A stretch of DNA of 64,000 nt, from the NCBI GenBank assembly GCA_965217775.1, contig CBDCJH010000002.1, positions 704,001 to 768,000 of the forward strand. Direction: 5' to 3'. A program made the position numbers and the translations under genes. Numbering within the stretch: position 1 is the first letter of the stretch; each line of letters starts with the position of its first letter. Under the pieces are notes generated by a model. That model had not been told where the DNA came from and made no database searches. It saw nothing but the letters and a program-made list of their open reading frames with translations. Of this stretch, positions 37,850 through 48,877 are shown piece after piece. The stretch comes from Acidobacteriota bacterium. Lineage in GTDB: Bacteria > Acidobacteriota > UBA6911 > RPQK01 > JAJDTT01.

Positions 37850-39708
37850 CCTCGGATTGACCGCTTGGGCAGGCGAATCTCCACTGCCACGGGAAACACC
37901 TGGACACCACCCGCCAGGGTGAATCGGGCCGGCAGGAGGTGATTCAGGATGCGGGAGCGTTCCCGCCCCAGTTGTTCGCGGATTTCTTCGTAGTGGATCC
38001 GTCGGCGCTGGAGTTCCTTTTCTCTTTCCTCGATGGACTGTTCGATCTCTGAGAGGCGTTCAGTGCCATCGAAGAGTCGGCCCTGGCGTTTCCGGGTCTT
38101 GAGGCGCTCGATATCTCGTCTGAGTCGGGCCATGGTCGATTGCTGGATCAGTGCCGACACCTCCCCCTGGCGTTGCCGGTAGCGGTCATCCTCACGTTAG
38201 CGGGCCGCCTCTCCATCGGCTCGAAGCCGGCGGCGAAAGCATTCGGTCAGCTCGTTCGTGTAGTTGCGCAACCATCGGCGCAGTTCTGCGCGCATCTCTT
38301 CCAGGACGTCGTCGGCAAGAATCCGGTCGATCGCATCCTCGGACCCGCACGCCCCGCGAAGCGTCCGGGCGGAAGCATGAGGCAGCGGTTCGTCGAACTC
38401 TCCGTCTCGAACGGGCAGCGCCACCGTTCGCACCCAGCGGTGAAAGGTCTCGCGCAGTTGGTTCACTCCCAGTTCTTCGACGCTGAGCAGGGCCACGGCT
38501 TCGGCGCCGTCGGGAACGCTCCCCAGACGCACCGTCCAGCGGGAGACCTCGCTGCCGCTGCCGGGATAACGGCGCCGGGTGAGGACGCTCAACGCCCGCT
38601 GCATCATGGGGTGGACCAGGTGCATGAGCAGTGCGTCGGGGCGGGGAAGGAAGACGCTCAAGCTCCCAAAAGGTGATCGATGAACGGCTCGGTGCTGAAA
38701 GCGAGGCGCGGCATCGCCCCGTAACCGCCCCCGGGAGCAGGACGCCGCACCGATTCATCGATGACGTTGCGCCAACCTGCGAGACCGGGGTTGCGGACTC
38801 TGTAGAAACCGGGCTCCTCGGCGACCTGGAGTTGCGGCCGGCCGGCGGGAATGGCCATGGCGGTCTCCAAGGTGTCGTAGAGGGCGAGGTCGTCGCCCGC
38901 TGTCTTCGCCGAAGGGGGACGGCATCAGGTTATGGCACTCGTCGACGATCAGCAGGTCCCAGGGCAGATGCGGCGAGCCCGGCGGCGTGCGGCAGGCCGA
39001 CAGGAACTGCTCCTGCACGTCGGGTTGGCGCAGGTAGTGATAGGAGGCGACGATACGGCTGAACGAACGCCACGGGTTGGCGTCCATGCCCAGCCGGCGA
39101 CGCAGGCGCTCGGTCTCCGGACGGTCCACGACCTCGAACCGGAGCGAGAACTTTTCCCAGAGTTCTTCCTGCCATTGCCGGCGCAGCGAGGCCGGCGTCA
39201 GGATCAGGACCCGCTGAATACGGCGGCGAAGCAGCAGCTCGGTGAGGATCAATCCGGCCTCGACGGTTTTGCCGAGACCGACGTCGTCGGCCAGCAACAG
39301 GCTGACGCGGGGCATGCGGAGGGCCTTCAAGAGGGGGACAAGCTGATAGTCCTCGACGCGCACGCTGCCGTGGAACGGACTCGCGACCGGCTGGCGGCTG
39401 GAAATGCCTTCACCTCTCGGGTCTACGTAGGGAGAGAGCGCCGTCCAGCGCGCCGCGCGAAGGAGCGCGTCGAAGTCTTCGGGGCTCATGGGGTCCGCCC
39501 AAGCCGGGTCCGGCAAGTCGGTCGGTTCCAGAAGGTTTCGTTTGGGTTCCAGTTCCCACAGCAGGCGCTCCTCGCCTGGCGCGTGGTCGTCCTGGTATTC
39601 CAAGTGAACGAGGTGGATGCGCCCCTTGTCGCCGTCGAAGGGTTCGACGGACGCGATCACGCCGACCCGATTACGGACGGTGGCGAGCGCCGGTGCGCGG
39701 GATGTCAC
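37850..39708 (-). pseudogene. SNF2-family helicase (DISARM DrmD-like), internally deleted and frameshifted
   Basis: EDYQLVPLLKALRMPRVSLLLADDVGLGKT, LIVDECHN, LMHLVHPMMQRAL, VNQLRETFH, VFPVAVEIRLP; second RecA domain missing; stop at 38197-38199; 3' end approximate. Confidence 0.85.
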
Positions 39709-40039
39709 CAGTTGCGGTCGGGGTGGTCACGGTTCACTCCGCAAGCGCCGCCTTCGAGCCATGAGGGAAATCCTGGAATGTCTCGTTGAGCGGGGGTCTC
39801 TCTCCCTGCGAATATGATACGAGTCGGATCCAAGATTGGCGAGTGATGGGCGCTGGGATGACGAGGTTGGTGCGGGAAGTTCCGTTCCCTGCGAGGGCTT
39901 GTCGTGTCCAGTCGTAGCTACCTAAGGGTAGCCTGTGCCCGTTCTCGAAGCCTGAGGTTGTCGACTTTTCTGCGTCACACGAATCTTCGTCGACGATCAC
40001 GATGTCTGAGCAAATTCTGAACACCAGAACGAGCGTCCG

Positions 40040-40054
40040 TGTACAATATGTACA
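40040..40054 (+). promoter_or_regulatory. TGTACA-ATA-TGTACA operator overlapping a TACAAT -10 box
   Basis: TGTACA is the established YefM-type operator core; directly upstream of the Phd/YefM antitoxin. Confidence 0.65.
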
Positions 40055-40078
40055 GTTCGAGTCATTGAGAAAAAGAGT

Positions 40079-40324
40079 ATGCAGGACAAGACACAGACCG
40101 CGGGCGTCAAAGAAGTCAGAATCAATCTGGCTGCGATTCTTCGGGCGGCCAATAGGGACGGTACGGTGACCGTGGTCACCAGGCGTGGCGTTCCGTACGC
40201 GGCTGTCGTGCCGGTGTCGAAAGCGGTCCCCCAAGGTCCGAAGTTCGGGGCTCTGCGGGGTTCCGCACGGGGTTGCTTCGGCGATGCTGCGAAGTTCGTC
40301 GAGAGGCTGCGCAACGAATGGTGA
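40079..40324 (+). CDS. Phd/YefM family antitoxin
   Basis: GVKEVRINLAAIL...VVTRRGVPYAAVVP; ends LRNEW; overlaps the PIN gene start. Confidence 0.85.
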   Translation: MQDKTQTAGVKEVRINLAAILRAANRDGTVTVVTRRGVPYAAVVPVSKAVPQGPKFGALRGSARGCFGDAAKFVERLRNEW

Positions 40325-40767
40325 TGGACGTCGGCGACCTGCCACCGCGCGGGCGAATCGTCGTGGATAGCGCGCCCATTATCTATCTGCTTGAAGATCA
40401 CGCCGTTTTCGCATCTCGCTATGCGCCCCTCTTCGAGCGGGCTGAAGCTCAGCACTACGAGTTGGTGATCTCCACAGTTACACTTCTCGAGGTGCTGACC
40501 GGACCGCTACGCGCCGGCGATTCGGCGTTGGCGGAGAAGTACCGGACCGCCTTGACGTCGCCGCCGACTTGGCGGGTTGTGGATTTGAACGCCTCGATTG
40601 CCCATCGGGCGGCGCAGATCAGAGCGCGTTCACGCCTGCGCCTGCCTGACGCGGTTCAGATGGCAACGGCTCTGGAGACCTCCAGCATCGCGCTGGTGAC
40701 TCATGATCGCGACTTTTCGTCTTCCGCTCTTGATGCGCATTCTGCTGGCGTGACCGTATATTGCTGA
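40324..40767 (+). CDS. vapC: VapC/PIN toxin
   Basis: VDSAPIIY, LLEVLTG, LPDAVQ and THDRDF: acidic tetrad intact. Confidence 0.88.
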   Translation: MDVGDLPPRGRIVVDSAPIIYLLEDHAVFASRYAPLFERAEAQHYELVISTVTLLEVLTGPLRAGDSALAEKYRTALTSPPTWRVVDLNASIAHRAAQIRARSRLRLPDAVQMATALETSSIALVTHDRDFSSSALDAHSAGVTVYC

Positions 40768-40917
40768 CGCCTGTTGCGGGCTGACTCGGGACAGCGTTCC
40801 AGCGATGCGGTTGCCCTCGAATCCAGAACGACGCGTGCTGAAAAGCTGTACCGGCCGATGCGTTGAGTTCCGTCTCGGCCGGTGTCTCGCTGTGCCGTCG
40901 CGTCGTCGTGGAACCGA

Positions 40918-41535
40918 CTAGGCGAACTCGTCAGGGTTCGTGACTTTAAAGACTAGTGAGGCCGCGACGCCGCCGGCGACAGGTCCCAGAAGGTAGATCC
41001 AGATGTTCCCCAATGAGCCGGAGACGATGTTGTGGCCCAGCGCCACCGCCGGGTTGAAGGCCCCTCCCGAGATGGGACCCACTGAAACGGCGCCGACGAA
41101 GATGGTGAATCCGATGGCCAGTCCGTAGAAGGAGTTGTTCGGGTGGTCCTTGGAGGTGGCGACGTTCAGGACCACCGAGGCCAGGGCGAAGGTCAGGAGG
41201 AACTCGGCCAGGAGCGCATTCGTGGCGCTGACGCCATCACCGGGGGCCACCGTGGTCGCTTGGCCGCTCAGGAAGGTGGCTGTGCAGGCTCCTGCCAGGG
41301 CTCCCAGGATCTGACTCACGATGTAGATTCCCGTGGTAGTTCCGTCCAGAGCGCCTCGGACCAGGCAGGCGATGGAAACGGCCGGGTTGTAGTGGGCCCC
41401 CGAAACGTGGCCTCCCATGTAGACCATGATCATCAGCGTGCCGCCGATGGCCAACGGCGCCAGATCTCCGGATGCCAAGCCGATGACCAGCACCAGGAAG
41501 AATGCCCCTATGAACTCGGTCACGTAGCTATTCAT
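40918..41535 (-). CDS. Aquaporin / MIP channel
   Basis: Two NPA motifs (SGAHYNPAV, SGGAFNPAV). Confidence 0.95.
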   Translation of the reverse strand: MNSYVTEFIGAFFLVLVIGLASGDLAPLAIGGTLMIMVYMGGHVSGAHYNPAVSIACLVRGALDGTTTGIYIVSQILGALAGACTATFLSGQATTVAPGDGVSATNALLAEFLLTFALASVVLNVATSKDHPNNSFYGLAIGFTIFVGAVSVGPISGGAFNPAVALGHNIVSGSLGNIWIYLLGPVAGGVAASLVFKVTNPDEFA

Positions 41536-41599
41536 ACCTCTCTACCCCCTCGGTTCTGATTCGAAAAGCGGAAAAATCGGGGCAAATGGTAGCATCCGC

Positions 41600-41731
41600 A
41601 CGCGGCGGGTTTCCAGCCGGCGGACAGGAGCGGCGATTTCCAATCGCCGAACTCCCAGAGGAACAATGGGGCGAGCGTGTGTAGGTGAATGGAAGAGTGG
41701 GCGACAGGAATGTAGCGCGGCCGGTCGCCCC
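41600..41731. repeat. REP-like palindrome cluster
   Basis: GGAGCGGCGATTTCCAATCGCCG and degenerate relatives. Confidence 0.65.
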
Positions 41732-41751
41732 TTCTATGTGCCTTCGAGATC

Positions 41752-42150
41752 CTAAGATTCGGCGGTGGGTGAGCCTCCGCCCGTCCGTGCCCGACCGCTC
41801 CGGTTGCAGTAGGGGCAGCGAAACTCCACCGTGTCGTCGGTGAATTCGGTGCAGACGATGTAGGAATCATCCACCGGACAGCGGGGCGTGTCCCCTTGAC
41901 GGTACCGTTCCAGGCAGTAGGAGAGCTGAATCGAGGTCCAGGCTTCCCGGTCCCGGTCCTGTTCCCAAATGAATCCGGCGCGGCAGTCGGGGCAATCCAC
42001 ATGGAGCCGGTAGGGAGAATCTCCTGAGGGGTATCGCGATTGGAACCCAAGGTCCTCTCCACAGTCGGGGCAGAGCGGCTCGTCTTCGGACGCCGAGCCG
42101 AAGTACTCCAGGATGATCTCCTCCCGTTCCTTGTCGGTGTAGGCGCTCAT
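41752..42150 (-). CDS. Hypothetical double zinc-ribbon protein
   Basis: CPDC, CPDC, CPVD and CPYC motifs; ATGA overlap with the nfo stop. Confidence 0.75.
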   Translation of the reverse strand: MSAYTDKEREEIILEYFGSASEDEPLCPDCGEDLGFQSRYPSGDSPYRLHVDCPDCRAGFIWEQDRDREAWTSIQLSYCLERYRQGDTPRCPVDDSYIVCTEFTDDTVEFRCPYCNRSGRARTGGGSPTAES

Positions 42151-43022
42151 GGTTCAGGGCTGTCCAAGAGCGAGCGCAGCACCTTCAGGTTCCTCCGGTC
42201 GGCCACCCCCTGGTTCTCCTTCGGGGTCTCCAGCAACTTTGGGACCTGGACCAGCCGGGGGTCGTTCAGAAACCAGCTGAACCCCGCCTTCCCGATATGG
42301 CCCTTTCCGATGTGCTCGTGCCGGTCCACCCGGCTTCCGAAAGCTCGCTTGCTGTCGTTGAAATGGAGGACTTCCAGTCTTTCCAGTCCCACCTTCTGAT
42401 CGAACTGGTCCATGACGCCGATGTAACCCTCCTCGGTTCTGATGTCGTAGCCGGCGGCGAAAACGTGGCACGTGTCCATGCAGACCACGACCTGCTCAGA
42501 AGAACCGCAACCCGCCAGGATGTCCCGCAGATGTTGGAAGCGGTGACCCAGCGTGCTCCCCTGGCCGGCGGTGGTCTCCAGGGCGACCTTGACCCGGTAG
42601 GAGGCTGTTGTCTCCAGGATCCGTTTCAGGGCCGCCGCGATCCGGTCGATGCCCCAGGCCTCGCCGGCCCCCACGTGGGCTCCCGGGTGGGTGACCAGAT
42701 GGCTCAGGCCCAGCCGTTCGCAGCGATCCATCTCATCCAGGAAGGCGGCGATGGACCGTTCCCAGAGTTCCTCTTTGGGCGACGCAAGATTGATCAGGTA
42801 GGAGTCGTGGGCCACCACCTGGCGGATCGGGGATTCGGCCCAGCGTTGCCGGAACTCGTGGACCTCCGGATCGAGCATGACCCGGCCCCGCCACTGGTTG
42901 TTGTTCTTGACGAAGATCTGGAGGACGTTGCAGCCGACGTCCAGGGCCCGGTCGAGGGACTTCGGAATGCCTCCCGCGATCGACATGTGGGCGCCCAGAA
43001 GGGCATCTTGTTGGTTCGGCAT
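42147..43022 (-). CDS. nfo: Endonuclease IV
   Basis: GAHMSIAGG, HDSYLINLAS, HPG, LETTAGQG, DTCH, HFNDSK and DRHEHIG; start at ATG 43022. Confidence 0.96.
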   Translation of the reverse strand: MPNQQDALLGAHMSIAGGIPKSLDRALDVGCNVLQIFVKNNNQWRGRVMLDPEVHEFRQRWAESPIRQVVAHDSYLINLASPKEELWERSIAAFLDEMDRCERLGLSHLVTHPGAHVGAGEAWGIDRIAAALKRILETTASYRVKVALETTAGQGSTLGHRFQHLRDILAGCGSSEQVVVCMDTCHVFAAGYDIRTEEGYIGVMDQFDQKVGLERLEVLHFNDSKRAFGSRVDRHEHIGKGHIGKAGFSWFLNDPRLVQVPKLLETPKENQGVADRRNLKVLRSLLDSPEP

Positions 43023-43156
43023 GTCTCTCAGGTTAACTGGGCGGAGGGCGGTGGGGAAGGTAGGAGGAACGATTTCTAGTCTCCCCCTCTCCCACGTTCC
43101 CTCCGGAATTCGGCGGTTGGAAACCGGCGCTCCAATTTGACCTGGAATGGACCGCA

Positions 43157-43464
43157 TTGGAGAATAACCGGCTGTCGGCCATGACCCTTGAAGAGATTTC
43201 CGACTATTGCCGGCTGCGGGATTGCCAAGTCTGGCTGGGGAGTTCCGATACCGGCTTCATCCTTGTCAGTTCGGGGGGCTTGGAACGCTCCAACAACTAT
43301 GGCCGGTTCCTCGCGTTGAGTGAGATGAGAGGCTTGCCATCCACCACGGAGGTGATTCGGCGGGCGGAGTTGTTTCGGGTGGACGGACCCGAAGAAACCC
43401 GCGAGTTGAACCGCGAGGCGTTCCTGCAGGAGTTGGAAGACCTGCTGCGGAAGGTGGGCCTGAG

Positions 43465-43468
<4 letters not shown>
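43157..43468 (+). CDS. Hypothetical protein
   Basis: 103 aa; ATGA overlap with the ubiD start; start codon uncertain. Confidence 0.65.
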
Positions 43469-44934
<1,466 letters not shown>

Positions 44935-44952
44935 TTCTCCCTGCGGTGTCCG

Positions 44953-46380
44953 TCAGTTCGCCGGAATGGCGCCGCCGGTGCCGGCGTTACCTGGGTCGAC
45001 CATCATGGAATGCAAGGTTGCACCCGGATGCCGGCCCCGGAGTCGCCTCAGCGCGACGTTCGCTGAGGAGATCACGTCGGCATTTTCGCTCCGGGTCAGA
45101 GGCTCCACGACTTGCAGGGACGAGGCGTTGCCGCGCTGACCGATCACGTCCAGAAGGCGAATCTGAATGGCGGGTTGCCTGGTGTGGAGGGGGAGGAGGG
45201 GATGGAGCTTGGGAACCTCCTCCGGTTCCAGTTCCAGCAGGTAGAAGTAGGCTTGATCGGTATTGATCCGGTCCACCAGTTCGGGGAGATGCGCCTCAGC
45301 GCCCAGACGAAATAACGCGAAACTCGCGGCCAACAACACCTCGGGCTTTTCCTCCATCTGAAACATGTGCGCTAACGTGGGAACGAGGCTCGAGTCTCCG
45401 AGTCGGCCCAGGCCCTCAGCGCCGTATCGACGGAACGGCGTTCGCTCGTCCGTGATCGCCTCCAGAAGGATCGCCCGGGACCGGGGATCGGCAATGTAGG
45501 CGAGCGCCTCCAGGGTCTTTAGCCTCAGATCGTGGCTTCGGCTCACGGGGACCAGCCCGCCGAGTATTCTCTTCCGCTCCGTGACCCCGCTGTTGTAGAG
45601 TTCCGTCAGCGCCGGGACTGAGGATTCCACCTTCAGGCGTCCCAGAGCGAAGATGGCTTCGTCGTGGACCTTCTTGTCCGGGTCCCAGATCAGGGGAATC
45701 AGCGTGACGCCCGCTTCCGGATCTCCGATCTTGTAAATGGCGCGGATCATCTCCACCTTCACGCCGTTCTCCGGCTCCAGCTCCAAGGCTTCCTGGAGGG
45801 CCGGTAGGCCTCGATGGCCGCGAAGGATTCCCAGCGCATGGGCGGCGTTCCTGCGAATGTCCGCGTCCGCGGAGCCCAGCAAAGTGGCCAGGGTATCGAT
45901 CGCTTCCGGGCTGACGGAAACGTAAGGTTCCACGATCAGGGGGTTGTAGTCATCATTCGCGGGATTCACAAAATCGACGACGCGTTTCATCCCCTGGATG
46001 AAGCCGTCCGGAGTGGTCACATAAAGACTGACCAGTCCGCGAATCGCCATGAGTTGGGTCTGCTTCCTGGAATCGTGGCAGAGAGTCATCAGAGCCGGTA
46101 CAGCCCTGATATCGCCGATCTTGACCAGAGCCCGGGCCAGCGCCATCCGGAGCAGGTCATCCGGATCCTTGACCAGCCTCGACAGTTCTGGGACAGCCCG
46201 CCGAATCCGATGCTTTCCCAGCGCCACGACGGCCGTCTTTCTTCGGTCCAACTCCGGGTGCCTCAGGTCGAAGATGAGTCCATTGACATCCCGCAATTCC
46301 TCTTGGCCGTGCAAGTCGGGCGCGGCAGTCAGGAGCAAGGTTGCAATCAGAGCTACGGTCAGGGCTCGGTTGAAGGACAT
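44953..46380 (-). CDS. Secreted HEAT-repeat protein
   Basis: Signal peptide MSFNRALTVALIA; repeated xRxxAxxALG units; GAGGA RBS before 46380. Confidence 0.85.
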   Translation of the reverse strand: MSFNRALTVALIATLLLTAAPDLHGQEELRDVNGLIFDLRHPELDRRKTAVVALGKHRIRRAVPELSRLVKDPDDLLRMALARALVKIGDIRAVPALMTLCHDSRKQTQLMAIRGLVSLYVTTPDGFIQGMKRVVDFVNPANDDYNPLIVEPYVSVSPEAIDTLATLLGSADADIRRNAAHALGILRGHRGLPALQEALELEPENGVKVEMIRAIYKIGDPEAGVTLIPLIWDPDKKVHDEAIFALGRLKVESSVPALTELYNSGVTERKRILGGLVPVSRSHDLRLKTLEALAYIADPRSRAILLEAITDERTPFRRYGAEGLGRLGDSSLVPTLAHMFQMEEKPEVLLAASFALFRLGAEAHLPELVDRINTDQAYFYLLELEPEEVPKLHPLLPLHTRQPAIQIRLLDVIGQRGNASSLQVVEPLTRSENADVISSANVALRRLRGRHPGATLHSMMVDPGNAGTGGAIPAN

Positions 46381-46680
46381 GGCTCGTTCCTCCAAAAATT
46401 CAGTCGCGGTTTCGACCCGAATGGGTTCCACCATGGTCAAAGCGACAATCCACCACAATACCCAGGTCAAGGTATCAGGCGGGTCTGACCTGTCGGGAAA
46501 GGAAAGAGGAAAAGAGAAAAAAGGAAAGAGAGAAGAAGAGGTGGCGAAGGTCGCCTCTTCTGATGGCTGGACCTCGCTCGATGCAGGTTGTGCATTCGGG
46601 ACGGAGGGGTGCCGCGGGAAGCGAATGCGGCAGCGAGACTTGCTGCTTGTTGTTAGAGTGCTTCTGACTCGGTGGTCTGA

Positions 46681-47589
46681 ATGCGTTTCCAGGTGCTGAT
46701 ATCGATTGAGATGGTGGCGGTTGCCTGGTTGGTGGTGGGTTCTCCTCTCGTTTCCGCCGCTGGTCAGGAGGGTCCGGCCGAGGTGGAGCGGTTGTTTCTG
46801 GCAGACGAGGCCGGTGCTGGGGATTTCCGGGCGGTGGCTTCGTTTCCCGAATTGCTGGATCGCCGGCCGGTGCAGATAAAGGTCTTCCGGTCCCTGGCCT
46901 CCAAGGATCCCGAAATCTTCCGGGCGGCGGTCGGACTGTGTCTCGAGGCGCCGCGACTGGAATCTTTCGCCATGATCCGGAGGCGGTTGAGTCTGGCATT
47001 CCGCAGTCAGGATGCGTGGAAGCGCAAAGCGATTCTGCAGTTGGCCCGGGACGAACCGGGGCGATTGCGGGATCTCCGTTTCGTGAGTCTCTTGAGCGAG
47101 GCGTTGAGGGACCCGGACCCCGCTCTGGCTGAGTTGGCGCTCGCACTGATTCGAAGCCGGCCTGAACTGCGCGACCTCCCGGCGATCTCAGAAGGCCTGA
47201 CCCAGCTCCCGGGAGAAGGTCCGGCTACGGATCCGGCGCTTCCTTCCCTCCAAGTCTTTCGGGACCGCGTCTTGCCCCTGCTGCAGACAGTGGGAGCCGA
47301 CGACAAGTCCTGCTTCGACTGTCACAAGTCTCACGTCATCTTCCGCCTGGAGCCGGCTCAGGAACGGGCCGGACCGGAAGACGTCCAGGGTTACTATCGT
47401 TCGGCACTGCGGGTCATTGACCTGAAGCGGCCGGAGCAGAGCCTGATGTTGCTGAAGCCCACCCGGGAGCAGCCTCCCCAAGGAACCCGGGCGTCCGGCT
47501 CTGACCAACATGGCGGAGGTGTTCGATGGAATCGGGAGTCCGCGTCCTTCCGAACGATATTGGAATGGGTCCAAACGGGCGGCGACTGA
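46681..47589 (+). CDS. Secreted HEAT-like protein with C-terminal c-type haem motif
   Basis: Signal-like N-terminus; CFDCH motif; SLMLLKP...HGGG. Confidence 0.7.
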   Translation: MRFQVLISIEMVAVAWLVVGSPLVSAAGQEGPAEVERLFLADEAGAGDFRAVASFPELLDRRPVQIKVFRSLASKDPEIFRAAVGLCLEAPRLESFAMIRRRLSLAFRSQDAWKRKAILQLARDEPGRLRDLRFVSLLSEALRDPDPALAELALALIRSRPELRDLPAISEGLTQLPGEGPATDPALPSLQVFRDRVLPLLQTVGADDKSCFDCHKSHVIFRLEPAQERAGPEDVQGYYRSALRVIDLKRPEQSLMLLKPTREQPPQGTRASGSDQHGGGVRWNRESASFRTILEWVQTGGD

Positions 47590-47599
47590 GCAGGGGAGA

Positions 47600-48673
47600 T
47601 CAGTCGAATCGGACCAGGGAGATCTCCAGTCGCCGCGTGTTGGATTCGGGCCGGTCCCATTGAACCAGGATGGGGCTCTGGTAGGTTCCGTGGACGATGG
47701 AGCCATGGCCGTTGCCGTTGGCATGGGCGTTGGAGACCAACAGGATCAATGAGCGCTCCATGCCCAGGAAGTGGTCGGCGGGCGCCCTGACGAATCTTTG
47801 CAGCAGCCGTTCGAAGACCGACTCGCTCAACCCCAGCGCGTCCACGGTCTGATTGAGAATCTGGACCAGATCGTATTTGGCGTAATCCCTGGCCCTGCCC
47901 GGAATTGCCCTCGGGTTGCCCAACATCTGCCGGCCGCTCTTCGCCATGAAATGCAGGGGATTCCTCAGGACCCTGGCCAGATCGTGTTTCATCAGCAGGG
48001 TCTCGTACTCGTTCACGGTGAGGCCCGCATTCCGTTCGTCCGGCGCCAGTGAGATATCGATGCGCCCCCGGTCGACACCGTGGGTCCGGATCAGTTCTTG
48101 CACCCGGGTGAAGAATCCAAGTCTGGGATCCATCAGGTTGATGGAATCGATGGGGTGCCGGGACACCGGGACCGGAAGGTCCACACGATCGACCACCTGT
48201 TCCTCATTGAATGCCATCACGGTGGTCCGGCGCCGGCGCCGGATGTCGTTCCAGATGCCGTCCAGGTCCACGAAATAGACGGGGGTATCGGGATTGTTCT
48301 CGTACGTCGCGCAATTGGTGAGGCCGGAACTCATGAAGGTGAGGTGGGAGTCGGCATTGTGGGGCTCCGTGACCTTCTGCTCCTGGCTCAATTCGGTGCG
48401 AAGATCCATCTGGTCGTGGCGGTATCCCCGCCGGGAAGGGAAGAGCGTCTGGAACATCTGCACGAAATTGCGAAGGGCCTCGCCGCTGTGATTCAACTGG
48501 GCCGAGAGCTTCTCACCGAAGTAGCCGGCCGTGGTGTGGTAGGAGTAGAAGACCGACTTGGAATACTTGGAAAACCGGGAGTGGATCCGATCCGGAATCC
48601 GCTCGCGGACGTTGATCACGTCCACCCGGGATTCGGGCTCGATCTCCAGCGTGACCTCAGTTTCCAACGACAT
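47600..48673 (-). CDS. Hypothetical protein with tandem YjbQ/UPF0047-like domains
   Basis: HTTAG and NADSHL in the first half; NAGLTVNE and GTYQ in the second half. Confidence 0.65.
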   Translation of the reverse strand: MSLETEVTLEIEPESRVDVINVRERIPDRIHSRFSKYSKSVFYSYHTTAGYFGEKLSAQLNHSGEALRNFVQMFQTLFPSRRGYRHDQMDLRTELSQEQKVTEPHNADSHLTFMSSGLTNCATYENNPDTPVYFVDLDGIWNDIRRRRRTTVMAFNEEQVVDRVDLPVPVSRHPIDSINLMDPRLGFFTRVQELIRTHGVDRGRIDISLAPDERNAGLTVNEYETLLMKHDLARVLRNPLHFMAKSGRQMLGNPRAIPGRARDYAKYDLVQILNQTVDALGLSESVFERLLQRFVRAPADHFLGMERSLILLVSNAHANGNGHGSIVHGTYQSPILVQWDRPESNTRRLEISLVRFD

Positions 48674-48877
48674 GGCTCGGCTCCCTACGGATTAGCGTAG
48701 CGGGAACGCCATTTAAGAGGGCATGATATTGAACCGGTCGCGTTTCAGTCAAACCAATCCCAGGCGAACGAAGTGTTTGGGGGCCCATTCCGATTTCTGG
48801 CACGGCCCCCGAAAACCCTCCGTTGCCTTCGGAATCGACCGCCGGAAAGGTGACGACGCGATTTTCGGCGAAGGGCG

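Noticed and set aside
39734-40010. Remnant of a further gene upstream of the SNF2 helicase (…NETFQDF/LMARRRLRSEP)
   Set aside because: Too short and degenerate to assign; the listed 203-aa ORF is mostly antisense to the Phd antitoxin.
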